Counted from the first letter of the stretch, positions 30,013 to 38,936 are shown. The stretch is 64,000 nt of DNA from an uncultured virus (IMG/VR IMGVR_UViG_3300029317_000049) (IMGVR_UViG_3300029317_000049), one strand, 5' to 3'. Translations and numbers: made by a program. The notes: a model not told the origin generated them from the letters alone.

Positions 30013-30416
30013 CTTGAGTTCAAATAGTCAGTGCAACACACCTTAAGCTGACGTTAAGTTTAATGCTGCTATTGGCAACTGTGAGCCTAAAGCAGTCATT
30101 AACTTAATTTGAGTTCAAGGTAACTTTGTGCCAACAATCGTCTTTCGCTAACATATGATAAATATTCCCTTAGTCCGTATTTATATATTCTTTCTTATCA
30201 TATTTGGTATTAGTTCCATTAATATAAAAACTGAGTGTTTTTACGTTAAATCAACAGCTTGATGGTTTAGCTATACCAACGGATGATATATCAAGCTAAC
30301 TGATTACAAGTCCGCTACGTGGTATAGCTAATCCTACTAGTTATGCGGCTTAACAGTATGAATAATATCTTTAAATACAATAATAGCCCTATGAGTTTTC
30401 AACCCAATTTATTGCA

Positions 30417-32384
30417 CTAATTATATTTTTTCAGCAAAGCATTGGCTTTATTTGGCAAAAATAACACTCTATTCGTTTTTAATGTTTGAGGGTATTTATT
30501 CAAACCTGTTGCAAGAATTACTTGATAATTCTTTTGATAATCATCAAGAGCTTCAAGTTTATTTATGCACTTAATTAAGTTATCTAGCTCTATTCCTGCT
30601 GTCTCTGGGGTATCAACAATTAAAAACTTAGGAAAAGCCACATCATCATATTTTAATGACATGTTCATCAAAGCAACATAGTACATCATTCTCATAGATA
30701 CTAATGAACTTGCTTCTCGGTATTCACCATCATTAATAAGTGGCAGGTAGTCATCTAAGCTTATACGCGCAGATCTACAATCTGATAATGTATCGGTCAT
30801 TAATTCATTGTAAATAGCACTAAAAGCACTTACTTTGGTACTAACTTCTCTTTTTGTTTTTGATTCTAACTCTTTTCTTTTTAATTCTGCATCTTGCGCT
30901 TTAGAACGTTTAGCTTCAAAATCTTTTTGGAGTTTTTGAAGCTTGCCTTCGATTTCAATTAACTGTTCTAGTTTTCCACTATCCTCTCGAATATCAAGAA
31001 TTTTATCATCAATATCATTGAGACTATCAATATCAATTTCATCATCAATTTTTTCAAGATTTTTTCTTAGGCCAGACTTTAAACTAGGTAATTTAGCTGA
31101 TAATTCTTTAGACTTACCCTTTTCCTGTTGTATATCCAAATTACAATCTGAGATGGCTAACTTTATAGTCGCTAACGTTTTAGTTTTTGATTTTAATATT
31201 TCTTTATATTCTTGAGATGTATAAAAAAATCTTTCATATTGCTCTTCATTAATATCTGAACCACATACACATTTACCATGTCCTCTATCGACTTTTACTA
31301 AGCAGTATGGACAAGTATCACCAGAAAATAAATTTAATTGATCATGTGTATGTATTATTTTGCTAATTTGATTTATTTCACTGATGGTCTCATTCTGAAT
31401 TGTAACTAATTTATATCTTTCATTATAAAGTGATAATAAAATTTCTTTTATATCCCCTAGCTCTAATTCTATTTCTATAATTTGGTTCTTTAAATGCTCT
31501 ATATTGGGCTCAACCGAAACTCGGCAATTTCGGTTCTTCTTAAATGCTTCTCTAGCAGCTTGCAATTTTTCTAACTGAAGATCATTAGCACGCTGCTCAT
31601 TTTGAAGGAAATTAATGTTTTTTAGCTCACCATCACCTCTGATTTTGTCGGCTAGTAATGAATATTCATTTACCAAGCTTTTAGCTACATTCTTATCTTT
31701 ATCTTTTGTTTTAGCATCAACGATAGAGTCATAGTATTCAGAAAATGATTTACCGATTAATAATTCAAAAATAGCTTTACGTAAAATTTCAGAATCAGAC
31801 ACATGATTTTGCTTGATATCTATTTTTTTATAAATATATTCTGGATCTGGCTGTTGATCGTGATACATCAATCTGAAGAGATCGGTAGAGTTAATTTTGA
31901 AGGTGGAATACCCTTGATAAATTTCAACTACAGAAATACCAAGCTCTTTTAATAACCAGTCAGAAAAAGTATATGGCGTATTTTCTCTACGATATATTGG
32001 TAATATAGAAGTGTTTTGAGCATATTTATCTGTGGAAAATGTAATATTTCCATTTTCGGGATCTATTAATTCATCATATTCTGTAAGTGTTACATCATTA
32101 TCATTCAGATATCTTCGTAATTGGTAGTTTCCAACAGAAACCGATATATATATTTCAACGTAATTATTTGTATCTGAAGTTACTTCTTTGTGTTTTTTCT
32201 TTTCGCTATCTTTACGAAATTCTTCAACTCTACCGCCAAAAGCATAGTAAATTAAGTTACAAAGAGTCGTTTTTCCAGTACCATTATCACCTTCAATTAA
32301 TACAATGTTTTTGTCAAAAATTTCTGACTCAAAATGATATTTGTCTCCAGAATAGATAACTTGATTGACTCTTAAATAACCCAT
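30417..32384 (-). CDS. SMC/Rad50-like ABC ATPase (LmuB-like)
   Basis: GDNGTGKT, coiled coils, CPYC..CVCG hook, FLIVDTP Walker B. Confidence 0.85.
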   Translation of the reverse strand: MGYLRVNQVIYSGDKYHFESEIFDKNIVLIEGDNGTGKTTLCNLIYYAFGGRVEEFRKDSEKKKHKEVTSDTNNYVEIYISVSVGNYQLRRYLNDNDVTLTEYDELIDPENGNITFSTDKYAQNTSILPIYRRENTPYTFSDWLLKELGISVVEIYQGYSTFKINSTDLFRLMYHDQQPDPEYIYKKIDIKQNHVSDSEILRKAIFELLIGKSFSEYYDSIVDAKTKDKDKNVAKSLVNEYSLLADKIRGDGELKNINFLQNEQRANDLQLEKLQAAREAFKKNRNCRVSVEPNIEHLKNQIIEIELELGDIKEILLSLYNERYKLVTIQNETISEINQISKIIHTHDQLNLFSGDTCPYCLVKVDRGHGKCVCGSDINEEQYERFFYTSQEYKEILKSKTKTLATIKLAISDCNLDIQQEKGKSKELSAKLPSLKSGLRKNLEKIDDEIDIDSLNDIDDKILDIREDSGKLEQLIEIEGKLQKLQKDFEAKRSKAQDAELKRKELESKTKREVSTKVSAFSAIYNELMTDTLSDCRSARISLDDYLPLINDGEYREASSLVSMRMMYYVALMNMSLKYDDVAFPKFLIVDTPETAGIELDNLIKCINKLEALDDYQKNYQVILATGLNKYPQTLKTNRVLFLPNKANALLKKYN

Positions 32385-32899
32385 GTTTTTATGCCTCGTT
32401 CCCTGTAGATTTTACCTAACATAGTATCCAGAGTAAGTGTTGATAGTCGTTTTATATTAGTTTTCAAACTGTTTAAGTTATTATATTCTTTTCCAAAAAC
32501 TTTTTTATCAAAGAATGTTTTTGGTAGGTTTTTCTTATTTAATGATACGTTCACTAGCGATGAAATATTTCCTTTTTCCAGAGAGATAAACCCTTTTTTC
32601 TCTAAAGTAAAAAGTAATTTCAGAACCTCACTACGTCTCGTTAACCCATTGGAGTAGCTGTTAAATAAATATTCTTTATCAATATTGTTATGTGATTCTG
32701 AATCTAAGTTATTTAATATGTACACTAGCCTTTCATCTTTTATAAAATCGATTATAAAAGCGAGCTTTCTGTAATCTTTAAAATATTTACCATCATTGCA
32801 TTTTAATGAATCTAGAGTAATTATTACTGCATAGCAAAATAGATAAAAATCTTCACCGGATAAGTACATTATTCCTTTTTTGACATTAATATTTTTCAT
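32372..32899 (-). CDS. ABC-3C middle component (LmuC-like)
   Basis: 175 aa, coupled between effector and ATPase. Confidence 0.65.
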   Translation of the reverse strand: MKNINVKKGIMYLSGEDFYLFCYAVIITLDSLKCNDGKYFKDYRKLAFIIDFIKDERLVYILNNLDSESHNNIDKEYLFNSYSNGLTRRSEVLKLLFTLEKKGFISLEKGNISSLVNVSLNKKNLPKTFFDKKVFGKEYNNLNSLKTNIKRLSTLTLDTMLGKIYRERGIKTWVI

Positions 32900-34138
32900 T
32901 TATTTCTCGTCAAACGAAACAAAACAGCTATCAATCAAATCCATGACAACGCCATCAATTGTATTTTTATTAGATATTGTATAATTGTAGTCTTTTTTCA
33001 ATTCTTCTATATGCTCAGATGATGCCGCATTTAACCCTTTAATCGTTGAATCTACTTCAGCTATAGAATTAGGCTCTGGAAAATCGTTATCGAACAAATA
33101 TTGATTACAAGCTTCATATGTTCGGTATTTAAGAGAGAGAAAAGACTTGTTGCCTGCTAGCTGTTCTACTTTAGAACGGCTAGCTAGTCGCGCCAAATGT
33201 CCCAGTTTTCGCTCAGGGTAATCAGGGCATACAGATATTATTTTTTCTGATAAGTTACGTTTATCCGTAATTTCTTTCTCTAAGGCTTCAATTGAATTCC
33301 AAGTTGGATCAGTTGCATGATCTATTTCTTCGGACTCAGCTTCTTTAAAAACTAGCCTTACATCAGATGAATGAACAAACCTACCTGCATAACTTGAATT
33401 ATTTTGTCTTTCATCAATAAGTTCCATCAATAAAGAAAATATAATTTCTTCTTTATTTGCTATTCTTGAATTGTATAACTGAGAGTTTCTTATTAAAGAT
33501 AGGACAGTAGTTTTTAAATCTACTTCATTTTCTTCACCAAAATGCCATTTAATCCTATCTAAAAAATTTTTAAAATCGTCAGAATTAATAACTTTTAAAG
33601 TCTCAACGTGGCCATCAACTTTTTTATCTTGGTATTGCTTTGTATACTCTTCTAATACAATTGATTTTACGGTGTCAACCAGTTCTAGTGAAGTTGAATC
33701 ATTACTCATTAAAATCGACAGGATTGGCTCTTTAGGTAATTTAATAATAGTGCCATTATCGAGCTTTGTCTTTTTTTCCTTTCCTATACCTGAGGTTGTA
33801 TAAAAACCGAGGTTTAATTCATCACTAGCACGCCAAGTATTAATGTAAATATCAAAAAAACTGACTAATGTATTTTTAACTTCATTACTGAAAATAGTAA
33901 AATTAGTCTTTGAATCATAATTTTTATCTTCTTCTACATATTGCGCTGACAATTCACTAGATTCAATTGTGTGGGAAATATCTTCGATGACTTCTATTGC
34001 AGTGTAGAAAATAGAACTTTTTTTATGGTTTAAAGAATCAAGCATTAACTTGATGGCTCGAATTTTTTGTAGCCTAAATCCTTTTGACTTATCTGCCGCT
34101 TCGCGGTTGATTGTTTTATTTTCCATAATATATGTCAA
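32900..34138 (-). CDS. Nuclease effector (Cap4/LmuA-like) with C-terminal domain
   Basis: KGFRLQ...EVIEDI...EEDKNY restriction-fold pattern; first gene of the operon. Confidence 0.7.
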   Translation of the reverse strand: MTYIMENKTINREAADKSKGFRLQKIRAIKLMLDSLNHKKSSIFYTAIEVIEDISHTIESSELSAQYVEEDKNYDSKTNFTIFSNEVKNTLVSFFDIYINTWRASDELNLGFYTTSGIGKEKKTKLDNGTIIKLPKEPILSILMSNDSTSLELVDTVKSIVLEEYTKQYQDKKVDGHVETLKVINSDDFKNFLDRIKWHFGEENEVDLKTTVLSLIRNSQLYNSRIANKEEIIFSLLMELIDERQNNSSYAGRFVHSSDVRLVFKEAESEEIDHATDPTWNSIEALEKEITDKRNLSEKIISVCPDYPERKLGHLARLASRSKVEQLAGNKSFLSLKYRTYEACNQYLFDNDFPEPNSIAEVDSTIKGLNAASSEHIEELKKDYNYTISNKNTIDGVVMDLIDSCFVSFDEK

Positions 34139-34270
34139 GAGCCCTGCGCTAGTAATACTTAATGTTTTTGTTGTTATGTATCAATAATTAATATAACACT
34201 TATGTCAAAATTTTGTCGATAATGAACTAATTAATTATTTGTGAATAAAAAGACCCTTTAGTTAAAAAAA

Positions 34271-34375
34271 CCAATGGGGTCAGAGTAAATCAATGGGGTC
34301 ATAAAATCAATGTAATCAATGGGGTCAGAGCGATTGATTGCTTTCCCTCACCAAAAGCTAACGTCAAAAAAGTGC
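34271..34375 (+). repeat. Tandem CAATGGGGTCA copies plus right 62-bp repeat
   Basis: GGGGTCA at 34276, 34295, 34321. Confidence 0.9.
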
Positions 34376-34460
34376 GCATTAGAGACATTAGCCTTACTTT
34401 TTTTGCCATATATTTTCTAATGAATATTTCATGTCATGTTACTGAGCCGGCTCAGTAACA
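34357..34460 (+). repeat. Full GC-centred dyad, 50-bp site copy Y and 24-bp palindrome
   Basis: GCTAACGTC-N8-GC-N8-GACATTAGC; TTTGCCATATATTTTCTAATGA 34402-34423; TGTTACTGAGCCGGCTCAGTAACA 34437-34460. Confidence 0.85.
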
Positions 34461-34648
34461 CACCTAAAGAACACCAATAAACGTATATTTGATTGATCTT
34501 ACTGTAATTAACACCGTTTTTTATAAGGGCTATTACTGCGTGGGCTTAGTAACATCCTATTTTCAATGGAAAATTCCGTTATTGTGGTTTCTAATACTTT
34601 GAATTTGTGGGATATTAATGTAAATTAATTTTAAATTATGGAATGGAC

Positions 34649-34683
34649 ATTATTGAGCCGGCTCCATAATAAGCTATTAGCTA
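34649..34683 (+). other. Palindrome plus degenerate attI-like site
   Basis: ATTATTGAGCCGGCTCCATAAT then AAGCT-ATTAGCTA; shares TAATAAGCT with the 29335 site. Confidence 0.5.
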
Positions 34684-34707
34684 GCAAACCCAAAGGTTGT
34701 CCAAATC

Positions 34708-35250
34708 ATGTCATTATATTTATATTTCCTGCCACCGATATTAGCTGTTATTTACAAGTGGCTGGAGTACGCTGGCATAATAGACAAATTAACTGGTCGA
34801 GGTTTAGCTTTAGATGGCCTTAAAAGGCTAAGATCTACATCAGGTTACCCAAAAGCTTGGATTTATAATAAAGATCAAGATGAAAAAATATTTAGAGCTA
34901 TAGAGAAGCGAATCTCAAAAAATACAGACCAACCGATTATAATTTCTGCAATAAAAAATGGTTTTAAGCCAAACCTCATTTCAGTTGGCGGAAAACCTAC
35001 TGAGATTGAAGGCTTACCGACTGAGTGGCCACAAGCTGAAAGGTTCTCATACTTACCAAATCAACCTGTACTTTATTTTTTTGAAGTTCCTAAATCAAAA
35101 ACTGGTACAAAATGTGACAGAGCTTGCACGTTAGATGAATTGGATGGTTGGTTAAAAGAAGAAAAAGATAATAGAACCTTTTGGCTCGGTACATTTCTTT
35201 TAGGTGTGATTTCTATCACTTTCCTTTTAGTTAGGCTAAATATTGCTTAG
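34708..35250 (+). CDS. Membrane-anchored hypothetical protein, cassette 2
   Basis: Terminal hydrophobic segments; flanked by ATTAGCTA / TAGCTAAT. Confidence 0.7.
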   Translation: MSLYLYFLPPILAVIYKWLEYAGIIDKLTGRGLALDGLKRLRSTSGYPKAWIYNKDQDEKIFRAIEKRISKNTDQPIIISAIKNGFKPNLISVGGKPTEIEGLPTEWPQAERFSYLPNQPVLYFFEVPKSKTGTKCDRACTLDELDGWLKEEKDNRTFWLGTFLLGVISITFLLVRLNIA

Positions 35251-35345
35251 CTAATAAGGAAATCAAACGGACACGCAACTGTTGGCTGCGTTTCGCTACA
35301 CAATCTTAGCCAACTATTACTTAGCCTGTTATTTAGGCTTTATTC
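35248..35345 (+). repeat. Degenerate attC site
   Basis: Inverse core at stop codon, internal GTTGGCT/AGCCAAC dyad, core-like end; similar to 36997-37074. Confidence 0.7.
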
Positions 35346-35359
35346 ATAAGAAGTAGACT

Positions 35360-35980
35360 GTGAGTAAATTTGATATAAAAGTACAAATGAATCCTGTAAT
35401 AATGTCCATATTAGCCTTGTTAGTTTCATTCATTGGTTTGTTTTTTTCGTACCAGGCTAATGATTTAGCAAAAGAGCAATACCGACAAAGTAGGTTAATT
35501 GTTTTAAAAGCTGATTTTCTAAAACAAGATGATACCTTTATTCATGTTGAACCTATTGATGGCAATACTCATTTTATACGGGGAACTGCTTATTTACCTC
35601 CTGTGATTCATAAAGAAGAAGTACCTATTGCCTCTAATGGTAATATTTTACACATGGGTTCTATTAGTTCAGAAATTAAAGATCATTTTTTAACTTACGT
35701 ATCTTCTGAGAAAGGTATAACTAAAATATCAGAGGGAGATATCCCTGTTTTAATCAAATCATACTATGTATCGAAAGGTGTCGGATACACAGATATATCG
35801 TTATATATGCTTGGCATGCAAGTCATATTAACGGAAGAACAACATGCGAGGCCAAAAATACAATTTACGAGCTTGGCATTTATCGAACGTTATAACGAAC
35901 TCAATGATATTAACTATGAAATGCTGGATGCTATGGTTTCAAGTGAAAAAGGATTTCAGTTACCTATCAATAAGCCTTAG
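35360..35980 (+). CDS. TM-anchored hypothetical protein, cassette 3
   Basis: Flanks TTTATTCATAAG / CTTATGTATAAC are 10/12 complementary. Confidence 0.7.
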   Translation: MSKFDIKVQMNPVIMSILALLVSFIGLFFSYQANDLAKEQYRQSRLIVLKADFLKQDDTFIHVEPIDGNTHFIRGTAYLPPVIHKEEVPIASNGNILHMGSISSEIKDHFLTYVSSEKGITKISEGDIPVLIKSYYVSKGVGYTDISLYMLGMQVILTEEQHARPKIQFTSLAFIERYNELNDINYEMLDAMVSSEKGFQLPINKP

Positions 35981-36067
35981 AACTTATGTATAACAAGTGA
36001 CTATGGTGAGTTATCAATACAAAACCTAATCCGAAAAATTGTGTTGCACTGACCGTTTGAAATCACA

Positions 36068-36117
36068 GCGCTAAGCGGACTTTAGCATCAAATTTTTTAC
36101 CATATATTTTCTAATGA
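36068..36117 (+). repeat. 50-bp site, copy Z
   Basis: GCGC...GACTTTAGC-N9-TTTACCATATATTTTCTAATGA. Confidence 0.85.
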
Positions 36118-36213
36118 ATTATTCGTGTCATATAACTGAGAAGTCTTAGTAACAGCCCGAAAGTAACACATTTATTTTCTAAGTAATTATTTTATATTTA
36201 CACTCAATAATAA

Positions 36214-36425
36214 CTGTATAAATACATAGTTTAATCGAGTTTCCCCTATATTCAGGAAAATAAGCAAATTGCGCATTTTCGTCCGTTGATAATTTTAAAA
36301 GTGCTTTAACTAGAAAAGCTATATTGAATTTGCTATTAATAGTGAAAGTAGAAAAGTGCGCGACTTGTCAGCAGAAATATGCGCAACTTGCGCAACTTGC
36401 GCATTATTAAATTGTTATGTTTTTA
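36214..36425 (+). promoter_or_regulatory. attI-like region with degenerate LexA box
   Basis: CTGTATAAATACATAG 36214-36229; TGCGCAACT tandem 36379-36404; GTTATGT core at 36414. Confidence 0.5.
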
Positions 36426-36444
36426 GTATTCTTCGAGGGAGCTT

Positions 36445-37002
36445 ATGAATAAATCAATATTAATAAATGTGACTGCAGTTGTAATATCAATCTGCGCATT
36501 GACCCTATCCCTTAAACAAGCACAAGAAGCTGAAAAAGTAAGTAGTGTATCTGTGTTTCCTCACATAGATATAACTATGGTTGGAGGTAAAGGTTCAGGA
36601 CAAGAAAACGGAATTCGTTTAGATAACGCAGGAACGGGGCCAGCATTAATTGATGACTTTAATTTGTATGTTGATGGCAAAATAATAAAAGGAAAAAAGC
36701 ATGAACTTTGGTGGGATGCACTGATAAAACTAGGCTTTACCCCACAAGAGATTTATGACTTCAGAACCTTTTATTTTACGAATACTGCAGCTTTAAAAGA
36801 TGGTAATGTGTACTATTTGATAAGACCAAAGTTAATCAATAATGACGAATTTAGAAGCCTAACAGAGTACGAATGGGATAAGTTGCAGAAGCTGACTATA
36901 AGAATTGATTATCACGGTGCTTTTGGCGACAAATGCTATGTTACTTACACTCCTGCGAATAAAGGGAGTGCTATTGAACGCACCGAGTGTATAAAAACAT
37001 AA
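36445..37002 (+). CDS. TM-anchored hypothetical protein, cassette 4
   Basis: NAGTGPALI motif; flanked by perfectly complementary GTTATGTTTTTA / TAAAAACATAAC. Confidence 0.75.
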   Translation: MNKSILINVTAVVISICALTLSLKQAQEAEKVSSVSVFPHIDITMVGGKGSGQENGIRLDNAGTGPALIDDFNLYVDGKIIKGKKHELWWDALIKLGFTPQEIYDFRTFYFTNTAALKDGNVYYLIRPKLINNDEFRSLTEYEWDKLQKLTIRIDYHGAFGDKCYVTYTPANKGSAIERTECIKT

Positions 37003-37074
37003 CAAGCTAATTAATAAGGATAAAAAACAGTTTGCTGTTTTCGTCCCTCAACATTTTAGCCAACTAAATTTTGC
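36997..37074 (+). repeat. attC site truncated by the Mu-like prophage
   Basis: ACATAAC...GTTTGCT...AGCCAAC...TTTTGC with no final core. Confidence 0.65.
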
Positions 37075-37162
37075 TGATACAGAGAGAGAAAAGAATACAA
37101 GAAAACAGAGATAAATGTGAAATTTTGTGAAATTGTGCGGAATTGAATGATTTAGTATTTGC

Positions 37163-37193
37163 AAAAGACTTTCATATGCTGAAAGTCTTTTTT
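37163..37193. terminator. Bidirectional terminator after mor
   Basis: AAAAGACTTTCA/TGAAAGTCTTTT stem. Confidence 0.75.
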
Positions 37194-37203
37194 GTTGGGG
37201 GAT

Positions 37204-37542
37204 TTAGAACAATTGGGGTTGGAGTTTATCCCTTTCTTCTTTACTAGCAATTTTTATAACTCTATAAACATGCGTTGTAGACATATTGAACTCTTTACCT
37301 AGTGCAACATGGTTACTACCCGTAAATGCTTTATATATAGCATGGTGTTTCATTATTGCATTTGTTTTTCTACCATAAGCAAAATAGATATGCTCGCCAC
37401 CAAATTGATTACGTAGTTCGTCGCATACCTCAGTTGCCATTTTTTCAGCGTTATCTTTATCAACGCCAAATTTAATCAAGTTCTCCTCTATGTGTAATAA
37501 CAATTGAAATACAAACTCGGCAGAACGTTCGGGTAAGCTCAT
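37204..37542 (-). CDS. Mor/C-family transcription activator
   Basis: FGGEHIYF...IYKAFTGSNHVAL...MSTTHVYRVI. Confidence 0.9.
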   Translation of the reverse strand: MSLPERSAEFVFQLLLHIEENLIKFGVDKDNAEKMATEVCDELRNQFGGEHIYFAYGRKTNAIMKHHAIYKAFTGSNHVALGKEFNMSTTHVYRVIKIASKEERDKLQPQLF

Positions 37543-37547
37543 AGTAA

Positions 37548-38027
37548 TTAAGTCCTGTATTGATCCTGAATTTTATGAAACATCGCGTTGTTAGCTTCAG
37601 TGCTTTCTTCAAAGCCCCTTTTAATAACAGCTTGTGAGTCTTTAACTTTGGTTGCGCTAGCTGTTGGGTGATGGAATTTCTCTTCAGTAGTTTTCAGTAC
37701 CTGGATTAAATAGCTGTGGTTTTTAAACGGCTGTAACGTACCTGATTGGCGTTTAGCTTGAATACTTAATGTAGTTTGTTCCAGGGCTGCACTAAGCGCT
37801 TGCTCATTGCCAGATAGTTCAAGTACTTCATTTATTAACTTAACTGCACGGTCATTGTTTAGATCTGATTTCTCAGGTCGCCACAATGCTACATACCCAA
37901 TAACATGCGTGGCTAGCTTAGGTTTTAACTTAGCTACCAGGGCCAATAGAGATTTAGCGCTACTGTCTTGCACTAACGTATCTAAATTAAGATGACCGTG
38001 ACAACTTGGGCAACGTGCTAGTTTCAT
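37548..38027 (-). CDS. Mu-like hypothetical protein (CPSC)
   Basis: RCPSC...YVALWRP...KNHSYL. Confidence 0.65.
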   Translation of the reverse strand: MKLARCPSCHGHLNLDTLVQDSSAKSLLALVAKLKPKLATHVIGYVALWRPEKSDLNNDRAVKLINEVLELSGNEQALSAALEQTTLSIQAKRQSGTLQPFKNHSYLIQVLKTTEEKFHHPTASATKVKDSQAVIKRGFEESTEANNAMFHKIQDQYRT

Positions 38028-38479
38028 ACGTTAGATCCTCGCTCTTTTCTTCCTTCTCTTTCAAGCCAGTTTTTCAGTTGCTCAATTGCTTGATAAAACA
38101 TATCTGGCGTAAACCATTCGAGCTTAGTTACTGGTACACCATCATTTTGCGCTTTGCAGTTTGACTTTGCCCAGCTCTCCAATGCTGAATAAGAACGGTC
38201 TTTAACAAACCCAGCGTCAGCCATTTCTTGCCATAAAGAATAAAGCTTGGCATGTGAACCTTTTAATTTAGGCTTAACTTTACTCTGCACTTTAAACCCT
38301 GATTTTTTCATGTGCTCAAGTACTTTGAACAACTCAGGGATAGTCATTGATGAACAGCTGCGTTTACCGGTTAATTCGTTTAAATTTGCTCGATACAAAT
38401 CATCATCAAGCTGTAACTGGCTTTTAGCTATATGAATGAGTTTAATGTACCAGGACTTAGGTTTGTATTCTGTTCTCAT
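38024..38479 (-). CDS. gemA: GemA/gp16-like protein
   Basis: LIHIAKSQLQLDDDLYR...TGKRS...IEQLKNW. Confidence 0.85.
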   Translation of the reverse strand: MRTEYKPKSWYIKLIHIAKSQLQLDDDLYRANLNELTGKRSCSSMTIPELFKVLEHMKKSGFKVQSKVKPKLKGSHAKLYSLWQEMADAGFVKDRSYSALESWAKSNCKAQNDGVPVTKLEWFTPDMFYQAIEQLKNWLEREGRKERGSNV

Positions 38480-38688
38480 GATTTTCTCTCCGCTAGAAAT
38501 TTTTTGTCTGCTTCCTGCTCAGCTTCAATTATGAGATGACACTCAGAGCAATATTGGTACTCTTCAGTATCTGCATCATGGTGCCAGTTATGCATCGCTA
38601 GAAACTGTTCAATAGTATCAGTCCCTGTAGAATCAATGCTTTTGAAGCAATTGAGAGCATCACAGTTAATGGTTGTTTCAATAGACAT
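38476..38688 (-). CDS. Small Cys-rich protein
   Basis: CDALNC...CSEC. Confidence 0.6.
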   Translation of the reverse strand: MSIETTINCDALNCFKSIDSTGTDTIEQFLAMHNWHHDADTEEYQYCSECHLIIEAEQEADKKFLAERKS

Positions 38689-38690
38689 TA

Positions 38691-38936
38691 TTAATTCTCA
38701 CTAAGGTCACGAAAAGAAATTTTTATCCCCTTGATTAGCTCAGGCATAATCAAACCTAACTCTTCAACTTCTTGTTTAATGAATTGATAGTTAGCCAAAA
38801 AACGCATGGCAAAGCCACTACGATCTAAAGCGATAAACATACTTTCAGTTTTACCGCTTTCAGCAACTTTTTTATCCCATCGTTTTTTAGCTTGTTCAAA
38901 CGCTGAATCCACTTGTTCTTGACTAATTTCACTCAT
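38691..38936 (-). CDS. Hypothetical protein
   Basis: 81-aa ORF in early operon. Confidence 0.55.
   Translation of the reverse strand: MSEISQEQVDSAFEQAKKRWDKKVAESGKTESMFIALDRSGFAMRFLANYQFIKQEVEELGLIMPELIKGIKISFRDLSEN

Noticed and set aside
34271..34340. Tandem CAATGGGGTCA as a CRISPR array
   Set aside because: Repeats are short and irregular, with no spacer-length unique segments and no cas genes
34345..34408. Minus-strand ATGGCAAA in the 50-bp site as the start of an intI remnant or peptide
   Set aside because: Frames differ among copies (copy X stops after 4 codons) and there is no IntI-like sequence
36395..36425. Xer dif site (TGCGCATTA...TTATGTT)
   Set aside because: Spacer is 8 bp, the XerD arm is poor, and the 12-bp complement at the gene end fits a cassette core better
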